This document shows, piece by piece, positions 1 through 8,282 of a stretch of DNA of 44,141 bases (positions within the stretch are counted from its first letter, which is position 1; each line of letters opens with the position of its first letter). Position numbers and translations under genes: made by a program. The DNA is taken from assembly GCA_021818875.1 (NCBI GenBank), contig JAKASW010000003.1, positions 1 through 44,141 of the forward strand. The letters run 5' to 3'. The notes below the pieces were generated by a model. It saw only the letters and a list, made by a program, of their open reading frames with translations, was not told the origin of the DNA and made no database searches. Source of the DNA: Bacteroidota bacterium (GTDB lineage Bacteria > Bacteroidota > Ignavibacteria > Kryptoniales > JAKASW01).

Positions 1-2
1 TG

Positions 3-284
3 CCTCCGGGTAAGCTCAACGTCAAGAAAGAGTTCGTACGCGAAGGGAATCGTTACCTTGTCACGGTTGCGCTGCACAATCCGACAAAGCACCTTGCGTT
101 CATGACATACCTCTCCGTCCGGCCCGGAAATCTCGATGACCCGGTACTTCCGATCTTTTGGAACGAAAACTATGTTTCACTTTTGCCCGGTGAGACGAGA
201 ACGGTGCACGGCTGGTTCTACTCTGAAGATTTGAGAGGAAACAAACCTAAGCTTGAAGTGACAGGTTGGAACATTGAGCAATAA
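3..284 (+). CDS. C-terminal part of a GH2 exo-beta-D-glucosaminidase / beta-mannosidase-like glycoside hydrolase (5'-truncated by window edge)
   Basis: Frame is open from base 3 (PPGKLNVKKEF...VTVALHNPTKHLAF...PVLPIFWNENYVSLLPGETRTV...LEVTGWN). The PxFWxDNYxSLLPGE and terminal GWN motifs match the C-terminal Ig-like domain of CsxA-type GH2 enzymes. Confidence 0.8.
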   Translation, partial: PPGKLNVKKEFVREGNRYLVTVALHNPTKHLAFMTYLSVRPGNLDDPVLPIFWNENYVSLLPGETRTVHGWFYSEDLRGNKPKLEVTGWNIEQ

Positions 285-1611
285 ACCTCAGTTAGAAAGA
301 AGTCTCGGACTTATCCACGCCACGGCAAGCAACATGGCCACCATGGTCGGCATCGGTCCGTTTATCACGATTCCTCTGATTATAAGTGCAATGGGAGGAC
401 CGCAGGCAATGCTCGGATGGGCGGTCGGAGCAATCATCGCAATATCGGACGGGCAGGTCTGGGCTGAACTCAGCACTTCACTTCCGGGAGAAGGCGGCTC
501 ATACATTTATCTTCGCGAAGCCTACAAGAAATACTTCGGAAGACTCGCGGCATTTCTGTTTATCTGGACGTTCCTGCTGAGCGGGCCTTTGGAAATCGCT
601 TCCGGCTTTGTCGGGATGGTACAGTATGCATCTTTCATCTGGCCATTTCTAAATGAGACTAACATAAGGATACTTGCCTTCGGCGTCGGCATCCTGACGA
701 TTATTCTGCATTACAATCGCGTCAAGTTTGTCGGTGCTGTGACGGTCTTCTTGTGGATTGTCATGCTCATTACGGTATCCATCACCATATTTGTAGGGCT
801 GACCCATTTCCATGTCAAAGATGCCTTCGTATTCACCAATGGCTGGTTCAGCTTCTCGTGGGGTTTCGTAGCCGGGCTGGGTTCCGCTACACTCATTGCC
901 ATGTACGATCTGATGGGATACTACAACATCTGTTATTTGGAGGAAGAGGTCAAACGGCCGGAGTATGTATTTCCGCGAGCCATAATATTCTCCGTCATCG
1001 GCGTCACGCTCATATATGCGGTCATGAACATATCCATCCTCGCGACTATGCCCTGGCAGGAGATTGCAAAATCGACCCATGTGGCTTCCGACATGTTCAA
1101 CAAAACGTTAGGCAAGAATGCGGCAGTTGTTCTCACAGTCCTTGTAATTATCACAGCTTACGGCTCGACATATTCTCTCATGATGAGTTATTCCCGTTTG
1201 CCATTTGCCGCGGCACGAGACGGATTCTTCTTCAAGTGGCTCGGAGAGACGCATCCCAAAAAGCACTTCCCTCATTTCTCGCTGTTGACAGTGGGACTCA
1301 TGACGTGCGTCGCCAGCTTATTCAACTTAGACTTCATAATAGCAGCATCTTTATCGAGCAGAATATTGATTCAGTTTCTGGGACAGATTATCGGGTTGAC
1401 ATTACTGAGGAAAAATCAACCCGGGCTCAAAAGGCCGTTCAAGATGTGGCTATATCCGATACCATCCATCATCGCCTTCATAGGATTTTCCTTCATATTC
1501 ATCAGCTCAGGATTCGAGGCGATTGGACTTGGGATCGTTTGGATGATTATTGGAGTCGTATTGTATTTCAAATGGACAGGTAATCGATCACCGAAAGCAG
1601 CGACTGCCTGA
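274..1611 (+). CDS. APC-family amino acid/polyamine permease
   Basis: 445 aa with about 12 hydrophobic segments. Motifs LERSLGL, MVGIGPF, AELSTSLPGEGGSY, EEVKRPE, SRLPFAAARDG and RPFKMWLYP. TTG start overlaps the upstream stop. Confidence 0.9.
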   Translation: MSNKPQLERSLGLIHATASNMATMVGIGPFITIPLIISAMGGPQAMLGWAVGAIIAISDGQVWAELSTSLPGEGGSYIYLREAYKKYFGRLAAFLFIWTFLLSGPLEIASGFVGMVQYASFIWPFLNETNIRILAFGVGILTIILHYNRVKFVGAVTVFLWIVMLITVSITIFVGLTHFHVKDAFVFTNGWFSFSWGFVAGLGSATLIAMYDLMGYYNICYLEEEVKRPEYVFPRAIIFSVIGVTLIYAVMNISILATMPWQEIAKSTHVASDMFNKTLGKNAAVVLTVLVIITAYGSTYSLMMSYSRLPFAAARDGFFFKWLGETHPKKHFPHFSLLTVGLMTCVASLFNLDFIIAASLSSRILIQFLGQIIGLTLLRKNQPGLKRPFKMWLYPIPSIIAFIGFSFIFISSGFEAIGLGIVWMIIGVVLYFKWTGNRSPKAATA

Positions 1612-1640
1612 AAGAGTCGAAAGACGATGGTCCAGTATGG

Positions 1641-1669
1641 TTGTCAATTCGTGCTATGTTAGATAATTT
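1641..1669 (+). promoter_or_regulatory. Putative sigma70 promoter for the NlpC/P60-epimerase pair
   Basis: TTGTCA-N17-TAATTT in an AT-rich gap about 30 nt before the ATG at 1701. Confidence 0.4.
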
Positions 1670-1700
1670 ATAAAAGGAATTACCAATCGAGGTGCCAACA

Positions 1701-2882
1701 ATGAAACGTTTACTGCCTTTGCTTGCGATATCTTTGCTTGCGATATCAATGATTGTCGCGAGCTGTAGTACCACGAACTTGCGCGTGGTCAAGATTAACG
1801 ATATCATAGATTCTCTAAGGACCCAGTTCGCTCCCGACCCGAGGACGGCAGTGTTCGATGTCGCGGTCCGAGATAGCGGCCAGTTTGTTATCCTTCGAGG
1901 AGAAACAGACAGCCTGGCCGCTAAGTTCGATCTACTGTCTGAAGTCCAAAAAGTGGTAGGAGAAAATGTGATAGACTCCGTCAGGGTTCTTCCGGAGCCA
2001 GAACTCGGCGAGAAAGTCTATGGGATTGTCGATGTAAGCGTCGGCAACATTTACCAATATCCCAAATTCGAGTCGCAGCTTGTTACGCAGGTTCTCCTGG
2101 GCCATTGGGTAAGAGTACTGAAGGAACATCATGGTTGGCTGTACATACAGTGTGAAGACAAGTATCTTGGATGGACACAGTCGGGAGTTATTAAAAGGGT
2201 CACTTCGCCGGAGCTCGACGCATACAATACCAAAAAGAAGCTCCTTGTGACTTCCCTTTATTCAACTATCAAGAACGGACCGACTAAAGATAGCGGTACA
2301 ATCTCCGATGCGGTCATGGCAGATCTTTTAATGCCTGTACAAAGAGTAGGATCCGATTTCAAAGTGGAGCTGCCGGATGGAAGGATCGGCTACATTCCTT
2401 CTAATGACGTGGACTACTATGATCGGTACATGTCGACTCACAAGCCAACACCACAGGGAATACAGACAACGGCGGAAAAGCTGATCGGATTCCCTTACCT
2501 GTGGGGTGGTACAAGTATCAAGGGAATGGATTGCTCAGGATTCGTAAAAACGGTCTTCAGGATGAACGGGATACATTTGCCGCGCGATGCCAGCCAGCAA
2601 GTGAACGTCGGTGAGAAAATTGAGGCGGGTCACAATTTCGAGAACCTGAAAAAAGGCGATCTGCTTTTCTTCGGCACGAAGGCACACGACGGGAAGCCGG
2701 AAAAGATAGTGCATGTGGCGATATATCTGGGAAAGGGATATTACATCCAATCAAGCTCGGATGACCGTATACGAATTAACAGCTTGTTAAGAACGGACAC
2801 CGCATTCGACAAGTACAACCTCGACAGGTATGTGACTGCGAGGAGAATACTGCCGGCAAACGAAGTCAGTTCCAAGAATTAA
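1701..2882 (+). CDS. ykfC: SH3b + NlpC/P60 (C40) gamma-D-glutamyl peptidase, YkfC/dipeptidyl-peptidase VI-like lipoprotein
   Basis: Lipoprotein signal (MKRLL...IVAS-C), SH3b-like repeats (LVTQVLLGHWVRVL, KVELPDGRIGYIP) and NlpC/P60 core PYLWGGTS-GMDCSGF-LPRDASQQ-GDLLFF-HVAIYLG. GAGG RBS favours ATG 1701 over GTG 1692. Confidence 0.9.
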   Translation: MKRLLPLLAISLLAISMIVASCSTTNLRVVKINDIIDSLRTQFAPDPRTAVFDVAVRDSGQFVILRGETDSLAAKFDLLSEVQKVVGENVIDSVRVLPEPELGEKVYGIVDVSVGNIYQYPKFESQLVTQVLLGHWVRVLKEHHGWLYIQCEDKYLGWTQSGVIKRVTSPELDAYNTKKKLLVTSLYSTIKNGPTKDSGTISDAVMADLLMPVQRVGSDFKVELPDGRIGYIPSNDVDYYDRYMSTHKPTPQGIQTTAEKLIGFPYLWGGTSIKGMDCSGFVKTVFRMNGIHLPRDASQQVNVGEKIEAGHNFENLKKGDLLFFGTKAHDGKPEKIVHVAIYLGKGYYIQSSSDDRIRINSLLRTDTAFDKYNLDRYVTARRILPANEVSSKN

Positions 2883-2883
2883 C

Positions 2884-2941
2884 CACACAGAAAGAATAGG
2901 GAACATAGATCATCTCTCTGTGTGATCTATGTTCCTGTGTG
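2884..2941. repeat. Intergenic inverted repeat (REP-like hairpin)
   Basis: Perfect 13-bp stem GGAACATAGATCA (2900-2912) / TGATCTATGTTCC (2923-2935), flanked by CACACAG...CTGTGTG. Confidence 0.7.
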
Positions 2942-2988
2942 CTGCGAATTTCCAATGACATTTTGATTTCCCAAGCGGACGATAAAAA

Positions 2989-4017
2989 ATGAAACTCGAT
3001 TACTGGCGATACGATCTAAAACTCAAACACACATTCACAATTTCCCGCAGTTCACGAGACGTTGTCCCGGTCGTCCTCCTGAAGTTCGAGAAGGACAACA
3101 TAGTCGCTTTTGGCGAGGCATCTCCTAATGCCCGTTACAACGAGACCCGGGACTCCGTGGAGCAATTTTTCAAGAAGATTGAGGTTGAGGAGATCTCGGA
3201 TCCTTTCAAGCTTGAGCACATAAATGAATACCTCGACTCTCTCGCACCTCACAATGCGAGTGCAAAAGCTGCAATCGATATTGCGATGCACGACTGGATA
3301 GCGAAGAAGTTAGGAATACCTCTCTACAAGTTTTTCGGCGGCGAAAAGCGCAAGGCGCCTCTGTCGACTTTTACGATCGGGATCGACACTCCTGAAGCTA
3401 TGATTGAAAAGGTAAAGGAGGCGTCGAACTACCCGGTTCTCAAGATAAAGGTAGGACTGGCGAACGACGAAGAAATTATCAGGGCTGTCCGAAGCGTGAC
3501 CGATAAGCCGCTGCGTGTCGATGCGAACGAAGGGTGGAAATCAAAGGAAGAGGCGCTTGATCGCATTAACTGGCTCGCGACACAGAATGTTGAATTCATC
3601 GAGCAGCCTATGCCTGCCGAGCAGCTCGACGACACCAGGTGGTTGCGTGAGAGGGTCAAGATACCGGTCATTGCCGACGAAGCTCTAGCGTACCATGATA
3701 TTGGCACGCTCTCGACCGCATATGACGGGATTAACATCAAGCTCCAAAAGAACGGCGGACTTCTCAAATCACGAAAACTTGTCTACACTGCCCGCGCGCA
3801 TGGAATGAGAATCATGTTAGGCTGCATGATCGAGTCTTCCGTCGGAATAAGTGCGGCGGCACATCTCTCGCCACTTGTGGATTGGAACGACCTCGACGGC
3901 AACGTGCTGATCTCCAACGATCCGTACAGAGGAGCGCTCAACGAAGATGGAAAGATAATTCTGAGCGATGAGCCGGGGCTGGGAGTAAAACCGCTAATCC
4001 CAACTACCGATTCTTGA
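2989..4017 (+). CDS. ykfB: L-Ala-D/L-Glu dipeptide epimerase (enolase superfamily, MLE subgroup)
   Basis: Motifs FTISR, GEASP, LKIKVG (KxK), VDANEGW, IEQP, ADE, INIKLQKNGG, MLGCMIES and DLDG (DxD). Lies next to the YkfC-like gene. Confidence 0.92.
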   Translation: MKLDYWRYDLKLKHTFTISRSSRDVVPVVLLKFEKDNIVAFGEASPNARYNETRDSVEQFFKKIEVEEISDPFKLEHINEYLDSLAPHNASAKAAIDIAMHDWIAKKLGIPLYKFFGGEKRKAPLSTFTIGIDTPEAMIEKVKEASNYPVLKIKVGLANDEEIIRAVRSVTDKPLRVDANEGWKSKEEALDRINWLATQNVEFIEQPMPAEQLDDTRWLRERVKIPVIADEALAYHDIGTLSTAYDGINIKLQKNGGLLKSRKLVYTARAHGMRIMLGCMIESSVGISAAAHLSPLVDWNDLDGNVLISNDPYRGALNEDGKIILSDEPGLGVKPLIPTTDS

Positions 4018-4026
4018 ATCACAAGT

Positions 4027-4174
4027 AGTATCATGATTCATCCCGGTGCCATTCGAAAATACCTACACAGAAGAATCGTTTCAACGGTTTCGTGACCCTG
4101 CGCCGACCGCGAAGACCGATGAAACCGTTTGTGGCTCACGGCGATTACCTGACACCACGATGAATCGTGGTGCT
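4027..4174. repeat. Decayed nested inverted repeat (REPIN-like element) between convergent genes
   Basis: Outer arms 4027-4048 and 4153-4174 are 17/22 reverse-complementary; the right arm is a perfect hairpin CACCACGA-TGAA-TCGTGGTG. Inner arms are AATCGTTTCAACGGTTT (4074-4090) and GACCGATGAAACCGTTT (4114-4130). Confidence 0.7.
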
Positions 4175-4197
4175 GCGATAGATCGAGGTGCTTTTTA

Positions 4198-4761
4198 TCA
4201 GCTCAGGTGTACCACGAAATGACAGGTCTTCCCGCCGCGCCTTAGAGTCTCGACGATTTCCGTCTTGAAAGGACGTCCCAGCGCTGTCTCGAAAATCGTT
4301 TGATGGGTCATCCGAGTGCACTCGCAGTGGATGTCGTTCGGTTTCGGCGGGATGTTTTGCGCCGCCGGACAGTAACAGAGCTTCGACACCTCTCCATACC
4401 TTATGTGAACCTCGTCGCCATCGCGCCACACTTCAAAGTTCTGCTTGTATGCATCGAGAAGCTTGGCGACATCGCCATGTCCCTTGGCAGCAATATCCTT
4501 CTTAAACTTGTGACGGTTGAAACACCCTACGCCGCATCCTTCAATCAGTTTTACTTTTGTCTCCTGGTTCAACCTCACGTCCATGGTATTTAGCAGATCT
4601 GTCAGCCAATTCACGATGAACTCCTTCTCGTTCTGCAGGCGCTCAAGTTTCTCATCCGTCGTAGTTGCGCTTGCTGCAAGGTTGTCGAGGTTGAGCGCCA
4701 GCAACGCACTTGAACAGAAACCGAGCTTTAGTGAAGTGCTGAGGAATTTCTTACGGTCCAT
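4198..4761 (-). CDS. Cys-rich protein with Tat-like signal (DUF6144 / V4R-ATC-hydrolase-like fold)
   Basis: N-terminus MDRKKFL...LAASA (RK variant of the twin-arginine motif). Cys clusters GCGVGC, CYCP, HCECT and C-terminal ETLRRGGKTCHF. AGGA RBS present. Confidence 0.7.
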   Translation of the reverse strand: MDRKKFLSTSLKLGFCSSALLALNLDNLAASATTTDEKLERLQNEKEFIVNWLTDLLNTMDVRLNQETKVKLIEGCGVGCFNRHKFKKDIAAKGHGDVAKLLDAYKQNFEVWRDGDEVHIRYGEVSKLCYCPAAQNIPPKPNDIHCECTRMTHQTIFETALGRPFKTEIVETLRRGGKTCHFVVHLS

Positions 4762-4802
4762 ATAGTTCCTTCCTTATAGTTTTTATCAACTTTGTCGCTC
4801 GC

Positions 4803-6095
4803 TCAATCCGCAAACTTCTCTATGCAAAGCCTGCTTACTCTCTTGGCCAATGCCATGATGGTGAGTATCGGCGGATTGCCGAGTGAATTGGGAAATAGAG
4901 TAGAATCTGCCACGTACATGTTTTGCGGGAGAATGTTGCTATGACATGTCTCCGCCTCGCTCGCGGTGAGAGGCAGCATTCCCCCGGGGTGGCCTCCGTT
5001 TACGGTCCCGAGGAACGTCTCTTCTGGTTTGACTCCTACATGACGAAAGATTTCTTTGGACAATATGACTCCCTCATCAAGTCTTTGCCGGTCAAGATTA
5101 CTTAGCCCCTTTGTGATTCCTCCGACGGCAATTTCCCCGCAGCTTGAGTCCGCAAGCTTGATCATCAGGCTGTAGATGTCCGGGGAAGGATATTTCCATT
5201 TCTTATTGAAAAAGAAACTCAGCAGGTCGAAATAGGGAGATAGCATAAAATGTTCTCTCTGAACTATGAAGGGCATGGGCATTTCGATATCCTGGTGTGA
5301 GTTCTCCCATTTTGCTGCAACGCACAAGACAGGATCGACGAACAGCTTCGGTTGGCACTTAATACCCGAGTTCTGCAATATGACCGGAGTTCCCAATCCC
5401 CCGGCCGTAATTACCACAAGGTCGGCAGGATAAAACTCCGTCCGAAAACCGCGTCTGGCAACCACTCCCTGTATCACTCCATTTGCGATCACCGCGTGGT
5501 GCACCTTGTGATTCGATAGCAGGTGCGCGCCTTTGCTCACCGCTTGCACCAGGAACTTCCGGGTATCCCATTTGGCTGCATGCTGGCAACCGAACACACA
5601 CCTGCCGCAGGCCGCACACCGATCGCCGTAGGCCATCTTCGGGGTGATCATCGGCTGAAGCTGCATATCACGACAAAGATCGAAAATTTGTCGGGTGTGC
5701 CTGGACCAATGCTTCCGATGCTCAAATGAAATTGGGACTTCGCGATACAGCTCTTCGAATTCTTTGTCGAGATCGATTCCAATCGCTTTCAAGTCGTGGT
5801 CCTGTCTCAATCCGTTGCCCGTACAAATTGTGGTCGTTCCACCTGCTCCAGCGCCGCGCACCAGGACCAACCCCTCATGCGATTTCCTAACCTTCATGTT
5901 CGGGTAGATCAATCCGACCATGCGTTCATCAAAAAGGAGTCCCGTCCTCTTTAGTTTCCCGACCGATGAGAGTTGCATCGTAAAGGGATGGAAACCTCCT
6001 CCTTCTTCGATGACAGTAACATTGAATTTCCCCTGCAGCTCTTTTGCAGCCGTGGCACCGCCTGCTCCGGCCCCGACAACTATCGCTTGTTTCAT
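4803..6095 (-). CDS. GMC-family FAD oxidoreductase with ferredoxin-type CxxCxxCxxxC motif
   Basis: VVGAGAGG Rossmann motif, GAGAGGTT, CAACGRCVFGC, AGGLGTPVILQNSGI, HPGG and NMYVADSTLFP..LGNPPILTIMALAKR (GMC C-terminus). Confidence 0.88.
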   Translation of the reverse strand: MKQAIVVGAGAGGATAAKELQGKFNVTVIEEGGGFHPFTMQLSSVGKLKRTGLLFDERMVGLIYPNMKVRKSHEGLVLVRGAGAGGTTTICTGNGLRQDHDLKAIGIDLDKEFEELYREVPISFEHRKHWSRHTRQIFDLCRDMQLQPMITPKMAYGDRCAACGRCVFGCQHAAKWDTRKFLVQAVSKGAHLLSNHKVHHAVIANGVIQGVVARRGFRTEFYPADLVVITAGGLGTPVILQNSGIKCQPKLFVDPVLCVAAKWENSHQDIEMPMPFIVQREHFMLSPYFDLLSFFFNKKWKYPSPDIYSLMIKLADSSCGEIAVGGITKGLSNLDRQRLDEGVILSKEIFRHVGVKPEETFLGTVNGGHPGGMLPLTASEAETCHSNILPQNMYVADSTLFPNSLGNPPILTIMALAKRVSRLCIEKFAD

Positions 6096-6634
6096 GTATC
6101 AGCTTCGATTGCAAGATGTGCCCGGCAACACGGATCTCCCTCGGTTATCCTGTTAATAAACCTCAGGTTGCTGCTTCCCGATACCCCCGCCAGGAAACCT
6201 ACATCAAAAGCCGAGATCAACCGACAAACGTGAGACGAATAGAACCGGCTGAAGTAACATCTCCTTATCAGTATCTCTCCGGCTGCTGTACCATAGAACT
6301 CGATCCCAAGGATTCCGTAAACGATTTTGCTCAGCGTCATGGCATGCTTCATATTTTTAACTCCGAAATCTCTTCGTGCTTTGCGCCCGATCTCGCTAGC
6401 GTTCTCATAGAGCCGACGCGCTACTTCCGTTTCACTTCCTAACCGTATTGCTTCCTCTCCTTTTGCGGCGGTGAACGCAGCGTATTTACTCAGGATCCCA
6501 TCTGCGTTCAGCAAATCAATCGACGGTACCTGCACTCCGAAGGAAACCGCGGTCGCATTAAAGATTTCTCGCAGCACCTTCCTGCGGATGAACTGCGGGA
6601 CATAAATCCGTCCAACGTTGAAGAGGAGATTCAT
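6092..6634 (-). CDS. L-2-amino-thiazoline-4-carboxylate hydrolase-like / V4R-fold Cys protein
   Basis: RCYF...VCRLISAFDVGFLAGV...RITEGDPCC pattern typical of ATC-hydrolase/V4R-like proteins. ATGA overlaps with both neighbours. Confidence 0.65.
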   Translation of the reverse strand: MNLLFNVGRIYVPQFIRRKVLREIFNATAVSFGVQVPSIDLLNADGILSKYAAFTAAKGEEAIRLGSETEVARRLYENASEIGRKARRDFGVKNMKHAMTLSKIVYGILGIEFYGTAAGEILIRRCYFSRFYSSHVCRLISAFDVGFLAGVSGSSNLRFINRITEGDPCCRAHLAIEADT

Positions 6635-7047
6635 AGCAAGTGCCTCTTCATTCTGCGATAGAACAGAAGAACAACGACGCCAATAATTCCATCCACTAAG
6701 AAGTTGGTTAAGTAAATCAGATATCGGGCAGCGGCGATAAACAAAATTATAGAGACTACCGAGGAGGCGACTTTGGCATTAATCAGGAGCAATGGGAAAG
6801 TTGTGTTATGCGGATGGTGGTACATCATGAAAGCAAGTAGTGTAACGAGATACATGTAAGCCACGGAGAGAATGAGATAGAAGCGGGCGCCAGCAAGCGG
6901 GGCCTCTGGCATCTGGACTGAGCCGGACATCGAATTGAAGAAGATCAGGACTGCGTCCGGCGCGAGTAAGAAAAGAAGCACTACTATCGCAAAAACAAAG
7001 GACAGTATGAGGGCGGTCAACCTGTAAAGACCCAAACGTCCGTCCAT
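6631..7047 (-). CDS. Hypothetical 4-TM membrane protein
   Basis: 138 aa with four hydrophobic helices. Starts 2 nt after the rSAM stop and overlaps the downstream ATG. Confidence 0.75.
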   Translation of the reverse strand: MDGRLGLYRLTALILSFVFAIVVLLFLLAPDAVLIFFNSMSGSVQMPEAPLAGARFYLILSVAYMYLVTLLAFMMYHHPHNTTFPLLLINAKVASSVVSIILFIAAARYLIYLTNFLVDGIIGVVVLLFYRRMKRHLL

Positions 7048-7049
7048 TT

Positions 7050-8282
7050 CTAGGCAACCATCTTTTTCGGATTCACAGCACGACTGATTTGGTTCGTACC
7101 ATAATATAGCTGAAAGAAGACAGATAATTCGCCGAATCGGACCTCGTCCATAAGCTTGATCGATTCAGCTTTCGGCAGAATTTTCCTGCCCTCAGAGTAT
7201 TTTCTTAATAGTCCGTAATTGCAGTTGATAAAACAGTGCGAGCCCGGTTGAAAATGCGACCTGATCTCGCTGAAAATCTGTCCGATGCCTTCCTCCCTGA
7301 CATTACCGAAATTCATCGGAGTAAACACGCATGGGCTCACATCGCCGAACGCATCCACGTAAATCATCTTGCGACCGGCGTTGCAGCCAAAACACTCTCT
7401 TCCCTCGAAATGACCAAGATAGTTGACGGTCATTTTTCCATCGGAGTTGTATCTATTCTGGAGGTGTACCAATTTCTGCCGGTCCTCTTCCGTAATGACT
7501 ATTCTACGATTCCAGAACGGCTCTATGGTCGGCTTAAGCTCGCTCAGCCAGGCTTCATGGACTCCAAGAGCTGCGATGAACTCAAGGAGTCTGTCCGTAT
7601 CGTCGCTCCTTATCATCTCCGGTGTCAGCACCGCAGAGATTCCGACATCCATCCCGGCCGTGTTCCTGAACATTTCCACTGCCCCGATCGCTTCATCGAA
7701 AGCATTCTTGTAGCCCCTCTGTTTGTTATGAACCTCAGGGTTCCAATGATCCAGGCTGACAGAGACCGAGAATAAACCTGCGTCTTTCAAGGCCGCGGCT
7801 AATTGTGGTGTCAGGCCACAACCGGTCGTGAATAGTTTCACGGCGCAGCCATTCGAAATTGTAGATATTATTTCCACGATGTCTTTATTGAGAAGAGGCT
7901 CGCCTCCGGTGACTCCGAGCCAGACCACACCCATATCCTTTAGTTCTCCCGCAACCCGAAGAATTGTTTCCTTGTTCATTAACCTGCCGGTCCTATCCTT
8001 ATTATAGCAGTATTCGCAATTTTGGGGACAGGCGTTAGTGATGGCAATCTGCGCATGAGAAGGACCCGACACTCTTTTGATCAAATGTTCTTCAACAAAC
8101 TTTGAGTATGCACGACTATTCAGCGGCGGAAGGTGAGAGTGGAGAATCAGATTTTGCCCGACTTTCCGCACACGAAACCTGTTCATATAGGAACACATGA
8201 ATTTCGTGATCGAAGGTTCGACAAAGGCCATCCGCGGATTCCGTAACAGCACCTTTAGCATCGTGGAGATATTTCTCATCAT
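7050..8282 (-). CDS. Radical SAM protein with SPASM/Twitch-type C-terminal domain
   Basis: CPQNCEYC (CxxxCxxC), TGGEPLL, VSVSLDH and C-terminal CFGCNAGRKMIYVDAFGDVSPCVF...FGNVRE...HCFINC. ATG shares a base with the TBDR stop (TGATG). Confidence 0.92.
   Translation of the reverse strand: MMRNISTMLKVLLRNPRMAFVEPSITKFMCSYMNRFRVRKVGQNLILHSHLPPLNSRAYSKFVEEHLIKRVSGPSHAQIAITNACPQNCEYCYNKDRTGRLMNKETILRVAGELKDMGVVWLGVTGGEPLLNKDIVEIISTISNGCAVKLFTTGCGLTPQLAAALKDAGLFSVSVSLDHWNPEVHNKQRGYKNAFDEAIGAVEMFRNTAGMDVGISAVLTPEMIRSDDTDRLLEFIAALGVHEAWLSELKPTIEPFWNRRIVITEEDRQKLVHLQNRYNSDGKMTVNYLGHFEGRECFGCNAGRKMIYVDAFGDVSPCVFTPMNFGNVREEGIGQIFSEIRSHFQPGSHCFINCNYGLLRKYSEGRKILPKAESIKLMDEVRFGELSVFFQLYYGTNQISRAVNPKKMVA

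Noticed and set aside
753-1583. 276-aa alternative-frame ORF inside the APC permease
   Set aside because: Same-strand shadow of a well-supported membrane protein; His/Arg-rich composition and no recognisable motif.
7050-8282. RiPP (ranthipeptide/PQQ/mycofactocin-type) interpretation of the rSAM-SPASM gene
   Set aside because: No short precursor ORF, PqqD/RRE domain, peptidase or ABC exporter seen nearby, and the genes are packed without room for a precursor. A precursor encoded elsewhere cannot be excluded.
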